From Octopus vulgaris (Eukaryota), in NCBI GenBank assembly GCA_951406725.2, contig OX597818.1, positions 3,348,001 to 3,412,000 of the forward strand: 64,000 nucleotides of DNA, written 5' to 3'. The notes beneath the pieces are model-generated. The model saw nothing but the letters and a program-made list of their open reading frames with translations. It was not told where the DNA came from and did no database searches. Below, one piece after another: positions 58,301-64,000 of the stretch; the stretch's first letter is position 1, and each line of letters starts with the position of its first letter. The position numbers were made by a program, and so were the translations under genes.

Positions 58301-59619
58301 TATTGAAGTTAGAATAAGACTGAATAGAATCAATGTAGAAAATTTTCTCTGTATAGCCTGCTTTAAGTAAGGCAGAGTTATAAGATTCAGCGTTATCATT
58401 GAAAATGTCAACATTAGCAGATAACTTCGAATTTTAACCAATGAAATCCGAGCATTTGAGCTCAAATCATTTGCTGCGTTATCGATATTGATAAAGAAAC
58501 ATAGCAGACGCATGCCGCATACACACACACACATATTCAGATACATACACACGTACACTTGCACACACACACACATACACACATACACACACTCTGTCAC
58601 TCTCTCTCTTTCTCTCTCTCTCAAACACATGCATATACATTTGCACAAGCACATAGTAATTAATATATAAGCGTACACACACATACGCACACACGCATAC
58701 ATACACGTTCGTGAGTTGCCCCTTGCCGCAACAAATTTACACAAAAGGTAAATAAACCAGAAGGGGGGGTTAATGTTTCATCGTTTCGGGGTCGATAAAT
58801 TAAGTACCAATTATGGACTGGTGTCGAGGATTTTTTCCCAATTTATATCACAGCTTCCGACAAGCTGGGGCATCCTTTTATGAAAAAATATTTCGCAATA
58901 CGACTCACACTCCACGCGCAAACTCTAGACCGCTTTAGGCATATTATTGTTTTGTTTTTGTTGTTTCTGGCCCTTCAAAACCATGGGAGAAGCCTTTTCG
59001 GTAAAAAAAAAATAAAGAAGATATTCAAAAAATATCGTTAATATTTTTATTGGGCGACGAAATTCATCGATTTAAGAGATATAGCTGTTATTTCTAGCAC
59101 ATGCAGAAGACAGAAGACAGAAGAGAGAGAAGGATGAATAAGACGTGTGTGTGTGAGTTTTTAGACGCAGCAAATGATTTGAGCTCAAATTTAGACAGAT
59201 TTATATGAAAAATAAAAATGGTGAAATGCAAATGCTATACTAAATAAGTTATTCTAGTGGCCATGATTGTTATTTAGTTTAGAAAAAAAAACTGTTTGGA
59301 GTGATAAAGGATACAATGATTTAAATGATCTACATATGGCCATGCTAAAACATGAATATTCTCAAAGACTTGACATAAATCTTAAAACATTTGGGAATGT
59401 TCGGATAGACTTGCAATTGGATGAGTATAAAAACAGAGCATACAACAGCATAACGAAGAAGTTTGACGAAATAGAACCATTGTAGGGTGATTGATGCAGT
59501 TATTTTTCTCGGTCGCCAGAAATTATCATTTCAGGGTCATTTTGAATGTAAAGAATTCAATAATCGCGGAAATTATAAAAAACTCTTACATTTAATCAGT
59601 TAATATGACGAAAATTGCT

Positions 59620-60011
59620 TTAGGATTGCTGCGGCAATTAAGAAACGTCAAGAAAAACTGACGAAAGGGGTCTTCTTTCGCAAGGACAATGCTCCAACAC
59701 ACATGTCCTTGGTTTCAACAGCTGCTGTGCGTGACTGTAGCTTTGAATTTGTTGATCACCCTCCATAATCTCCTGACTTGGCCCCATCTGAGTATCATCA
59801 GTTCGCCAACATGAAAAACACTTGGCTGAGAACCAGTATCGCAGTGATGATGTCATATCTGCAGTTAATGACTTTTTTTCACCAACAGGTGAAAGTATCT
59901 GCAATAGGTGTGTGGAACGTAAGTAGGGACTATGTTGAAAAATAAACCTCATTTGGTTACATTCCATGAGAGTATTTTGGTCAGCCAATAAACTTTTCAG
60001 CTGCCCCTCAT
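59620..60011 (+). mobile_element. mariner 3' fragment with TIR
   Basis: KDNAPTH, HPP*SPDLAPSEY; end aaacttttcagctgcccctca|ta. Confidence 0.8.
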
Positions 60012-60380
60012 ATTTATTGCATGACCAACCTCAAAAATCATCGCATACCACTGATATATATATATCACTTGTTTCAGTCATAGTGGGGCACCGCCTTAAA
60101 GGATTCAGTCGAACAAATCGACCCCTGTGCTTTGTTTTTTAGCCTGGTACTTCTATTGATCTCTTGTTAACACCGGTTGCCAGTCGGTGGTGGAAGGCAA
60201 ACACAAGGACTTACAAGCATATATATATATATATATATATATATAGGTATGAGAGGTATTGGTATCCAGAAGGCCCAAGGTAGCAGTTAACGCTATGTAA
60301 GTACTATGGAAGGACCGTAGTTAAACTCTCAGTTCGATAATGATATGAGTGAGGAGTCTAATGTGGGTCTTGTATGAGCA

Positions 60381-60595
60381 TACTCTCTTTACTCTTTTAC
60401 TTGTTTCAGCCATTTGACTGCGGCGATGCTGGAGCACCGCTTTTAGTCGATCAAATCGACCCCAGGATTATTTTTTGTAAGCCTAGTACTTATTCTATCA
60501 GTCTCTTTTGCCGAACCGCTAAGTTACTGGGACGTAAACACACGACCATCGGTTGTCAAGCGATGTTGGGGGGACAAACACAGACACAAACATAT

Positions 60596-60653
<58 letters not shown>

Positions 60654-60765
60654 GACGGGCTTCTTTTCAGTTTCTACCAAATCCACTCCCAAGGCTTTGG
60701 TCGGCCCGAGGCAATAGTAGAAGACACTTGCCCAAGTGGGACTGAACCCGGAACCATGTGGTTGA
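60381..60765 (-). mobile_element. tRNA-SINE family 1 (plus degenerate relic at 60066-60210)
   Basis: Reverse complement match to 56173-56630. Confidence 0.85.
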
Positions 60766-60781
60766 ATAAAATGAGACAACA

Positions 60782-61328
60782 AAGCCAAGGCTGTGTGGAA
60801 TTTTCAGGACATTTATAAAGAGAAAGTTAGTTTTACAGCTGTTTCTGGGATATTAGGGATATCCTTTCATCAGAGATGATGTGAGATGGTTAAATAGAGG
60901 GAAAATATTAGAGTTCAATATGCGATTGAAGGTTGTCTGTATTGGTGTTATGATCGGTCCGGTTGTTACGGTTGTCGTGGAAGAAGGCTTTCCACCGCAT
61001 TCTTCGGACGAGCTCCTTAGTTTTGTTGAGTAGGAGTAAGAGGAAGGTCTTTTGTTAAGGAATGGGTAGGTCCTTAAGAGAGATCCAACGAAAACTAAGG
61101 ACCTCATCCGAAGAATGCGATGGAAAGCCTTCTTCCACGACAACCGTAACAATCGGATCGATAACACCAATACATACAACCTTCGATCCTATGTTGAACT
61201 CAAATATTTCCCTCTATTTAACCATCTCGTATCGTTTCTGATGAAGGAATATCCCTAAACTCCCAGAAACAGCTGTAAGACTAACTTCTTCTTTATAAAT
61301 ATTCTGAAAATTCCACACAGCTTTGGCT
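60782..61328. mobile_element. Mini Penelope-type foldback with inverted hammerhead pair (60831-60876 minus, 61235-61280 plus)
   Basis: ~200-bp arms; CTGATGA-a(g/a)g..atatccc..-GAAAC-agct-GT-A; LIRRMRWKAFF peptide typical of PLE ORF N-terminus. Confidence 0.75.
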
Positions 61329-61429
61329 CCGTAATGTTCCGTAATGTGAAATCAATTTTCCTATTGATTTTCATATCATAAAGCGAGATTGCGTTCCTGG
61401 GGTCTTTTTCGAAAAGAAAAGAAAAGAAG

Positions 61430-61760
61430 CAAATTTGCCGCTACTCTCGAGTAAGGGAGTAGAGTGCTATCGAAAAGCATTCTGCTTTTTAGTAACACTC
61501 AGCCGCTGATCTCAGCAAACAAAATGGCGGACATATTGTGCGAGACAGATACTTTTTTTATAGACGTATTTGTATATTCATAAGACAATTACCGAAAATC
61601 TATCAGGACCTGTTGCTGGGTTTAGGTGCGTTTTATCTGAAGCTGATTTTTCTTTATATACCTTCCTTTTTACATCCCTAAAATCGATGGTTGCCACTTC
61701 CCGATTCAATGCTGCAGAGATAAAAAATAATTTATCTGGTTTATTTATTTACAGAAGGTA
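61430..61760 (+). promoter_or_regulatory. Possible host promoter and first exon (ATG 61687, donor AG|GTAATG at 61757/8)
   Basis: Sequence unique within the window; YY1-like caaaatggcggac at 61520-61532; short frame MVATSRFNAAEIKNNLSGLFIYR ending at a donor-like site. Confidence 0.3.
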
Positions 61761-62634
61761 ATGAAAACACTTTTCAATTGTTTATGGTGCAGAATCTACT
61801 GACAGTGTGTGATTTCCTTATGTTCTGAAGCCCTGAAGCTGATTTTTTTTTTTTTTTGCTAATTTGTAGAAAACTTTAAGGTTCGTTTTTATGCTTTCTA
61901 CGGCCCCGATTTCCCTTCTTTGCTCCCTCACTTCCATATGAGGGTTATATTTTATTCTCAGTTTCTAAAAGTATCCTATTTTTAGTGGGATTTTTCGCTG
62001 TCAGTGATTTTCATGTTTAAACAATTTGAAAGTTTTGTTCGTTTCATCACAATATTTCTGTCTCAAGAAATTATATTTTGTGAATCTTAGTCTTTCTCTC
62101 TCGGTCAAATTTAATGGCTTAAAGGTCAGATGGTCGACTTATCATCACACTCGGTTTAACCCTTCAATGTCTTTAGTGTAATCCTCTGTATTGAAAATAT
62201 TTCAGGTTAGGTCTGCCATTTAATCCTTATTCCTCCCACGAGTTATGGATAACCTACAAAGGGTAATGGGTACTTCCATTTCCCCATCTAATTGACCTAT
62301 TAAAACATCCTAATTAATAATGCTAAAAGCTCTAATGTATGTACGTATATATCACTTCCTAAATACGCAAGACTACTTCACTTAGTCGTCGTTTGCCGCC
62401 AAACTTCCCAATGTTATTCACTCTACGACCACTAAATTTCCGGAATGAAAAAGAAATATTGTTAGCTGGTTTCTTTTTTCTCTTTAATAATACATTTATG
62501 TAACACAGGTCCTCTTGAAATTGTTATTCTTCAAAACTTTTTAGCAAGTGGCATGGAATCAAATTCTGAAAGATAAACAAATAAATATAAACATAATAAT
62601 TTGCTGATTAAAAGTACACTATATTCACACACTA

Positions 62635-63025
62635 GGTACAGAAATAGTTGCATGGTTAAAAAGTTCACTTCGCAATCACATGGGTCCAGGTTCGATTCCA
62701 TTGCGTAGTCTCTTGGACAAGTGCCTTATACTGTAGCTTCAGACTGACTAATACTTTGAAAGTGAGAGTTAGACTGGCTAATACTTTGAAAGTGAAAGTT
62801 AGTAAACAGAAACTACACAGAAGCCTTCATAATATACATGTGTGCGCGCGTGTGTGAAGGTGTGTGTATGCATACGTATGTGTATGTGTGCATGTAACAT
62901 CATTTTGACTAAAACACTAACCTAGCCATTCGATGAATAGAGATCACTAAAATATGTACGGAGGTCAATATGATCGACTAAAACCATTAAAGACGGAGCA
63001 AAAGTATAAAAGTAGTAAAAGTATA
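62635..63025 (+). mobile_element. Old degenerate tRNA-SINE
   Basis: ggtccaggttcgattcc B-box, cttggacaagtg, tcgactaaa, A-rich tail. Confidence 0.6.
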
Positions 63026-63189
63026 AAAGAATCGAAAGAATTTATTTACAACTTTGTTTGGTGGGCGGGGCAACTTTTGAGGCGTTGTTCATTCTAAACA
63101 TAGAAACATCAGTTTTTACCAAACACTTAAGTTCGGTTGCTAAACACTAAAGGCTTCAAAAGTGAACTTTTCCATTTTTGTAATTTAAG

Positions 63190-63655
63190 GAAAATTACCG
63201 ATTATAATAAATTTTTGATTCGTTTAAAATTAAAATAACATCTCCAAGACATTTTAATGATGACTGTCAGGATTATTTCCACACCTCAACCATCGAGTTA
63301 TTACAGTGAAAGAATCATTAGTACATTACTGAACTGTGGATTAAGAGGTTATCTACTCTTTACGTTTCAAAAGGTTAGGTTTTGAGGTTGATTTCGTTAC
63401 AGGACTTTAACAAAGCATCTTGAGAAGAAAATTGATGAAACTTATACAAGAATGTTTCGTGCTGCTCTGAACACAACACCCTACGAAAGGACTTCTATAT
63501 GGTATTTACCACCAATATTACGTGTCATCAAAGGAAGGTAAAGATTCGATGGACATTGCTGGGGAGCAAATGATGAGATCATCAGTGACTTTCTTCTCTG
63601 GAAACCGAAGCATGGGTATGCAAATGTTAGCAGACCACATAGAACCTGCAATAAA
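63190..63655 (+). mobile_element. Old RTE-type LINE C-terminal relic
   Basis: TLTKHLEKKIDETYTRMFRAALN, HCWG, LLWKPKHG. Confidence 0.6.
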
Positions 63656-64000
63656 GCAATGAAATAAATATGAAATTCAGCTTAGAAAAATGTGTCAAAG
63701 TAAACTTGTAAAGAGGAAAACTAATTAAGAGTAACAATACCACACTAGATAAAGAAAATGAAATAAGAGAATTAGATCAGACCCAGACATAAAAATACTT
63801 TAGGAATAAATGAACTAAATACGTTACAACACATATAAATGAAAAAGAAGATAAGGGGGGAATACTATAGAAGAGTTAGATTAATACTTAAAACAGCTCA
63901 ATGCGAAAATCAAGATAATAAGTATCAATACTCTAGCTGTCCCAGTTGCAGTTAGAATATTCTTAATTGGACACGAAATGAACTAACCAAATTAGACAGG

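Noticed and set aside
59267-59485. 72-aa ORF as host exon
   Set aside because: No recognisable motif; lies next to an inverted repeat (58455/59165) among transposon debris
62125-62150. C/D snoRNA (GTGATGA...CTGA on minus strand)
   Set aside because: Boxes only ~12 nt apart, too short for a guide RNA

Overview
Eukaryotic, AT-rich window made almost entirely of transposons and microsatellites, with no complete host gene. The SINE families and microsatellite load suggest an octopus or other coleoid cephalopod (inference). It contains two near-identical inverted copies of a young CR1-group LINE; the full-length copy has an unusual Myb/SANT(trihelix)+CCCH ORF1 and a 1.1-kb modular 5' array. Other retroelements are a near-complete Tx1/L1 LINE with a 17-bp TSD, an ORF1-only Tx1 derivative with its own TSD, several RTE LINEs, Penelope-like elements (RT, GIY-YIG) and many tRNA-SINEs that share the LINE 3' hairpins. 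DNA transposons include Tc1/mariner, piggyBac-type and Helitron/Helentron elements. The main hidden signal is about 17 type I hammerhead-ribozyme motifs (11 with canonical cores, the rest core variants). They lie in AT-rich Penelope-type pLTR/inverted-repeat units, often as sense/antisense pairs with palindromic stem-III loops. All coordinates were read by eye and may be off by a few bases.
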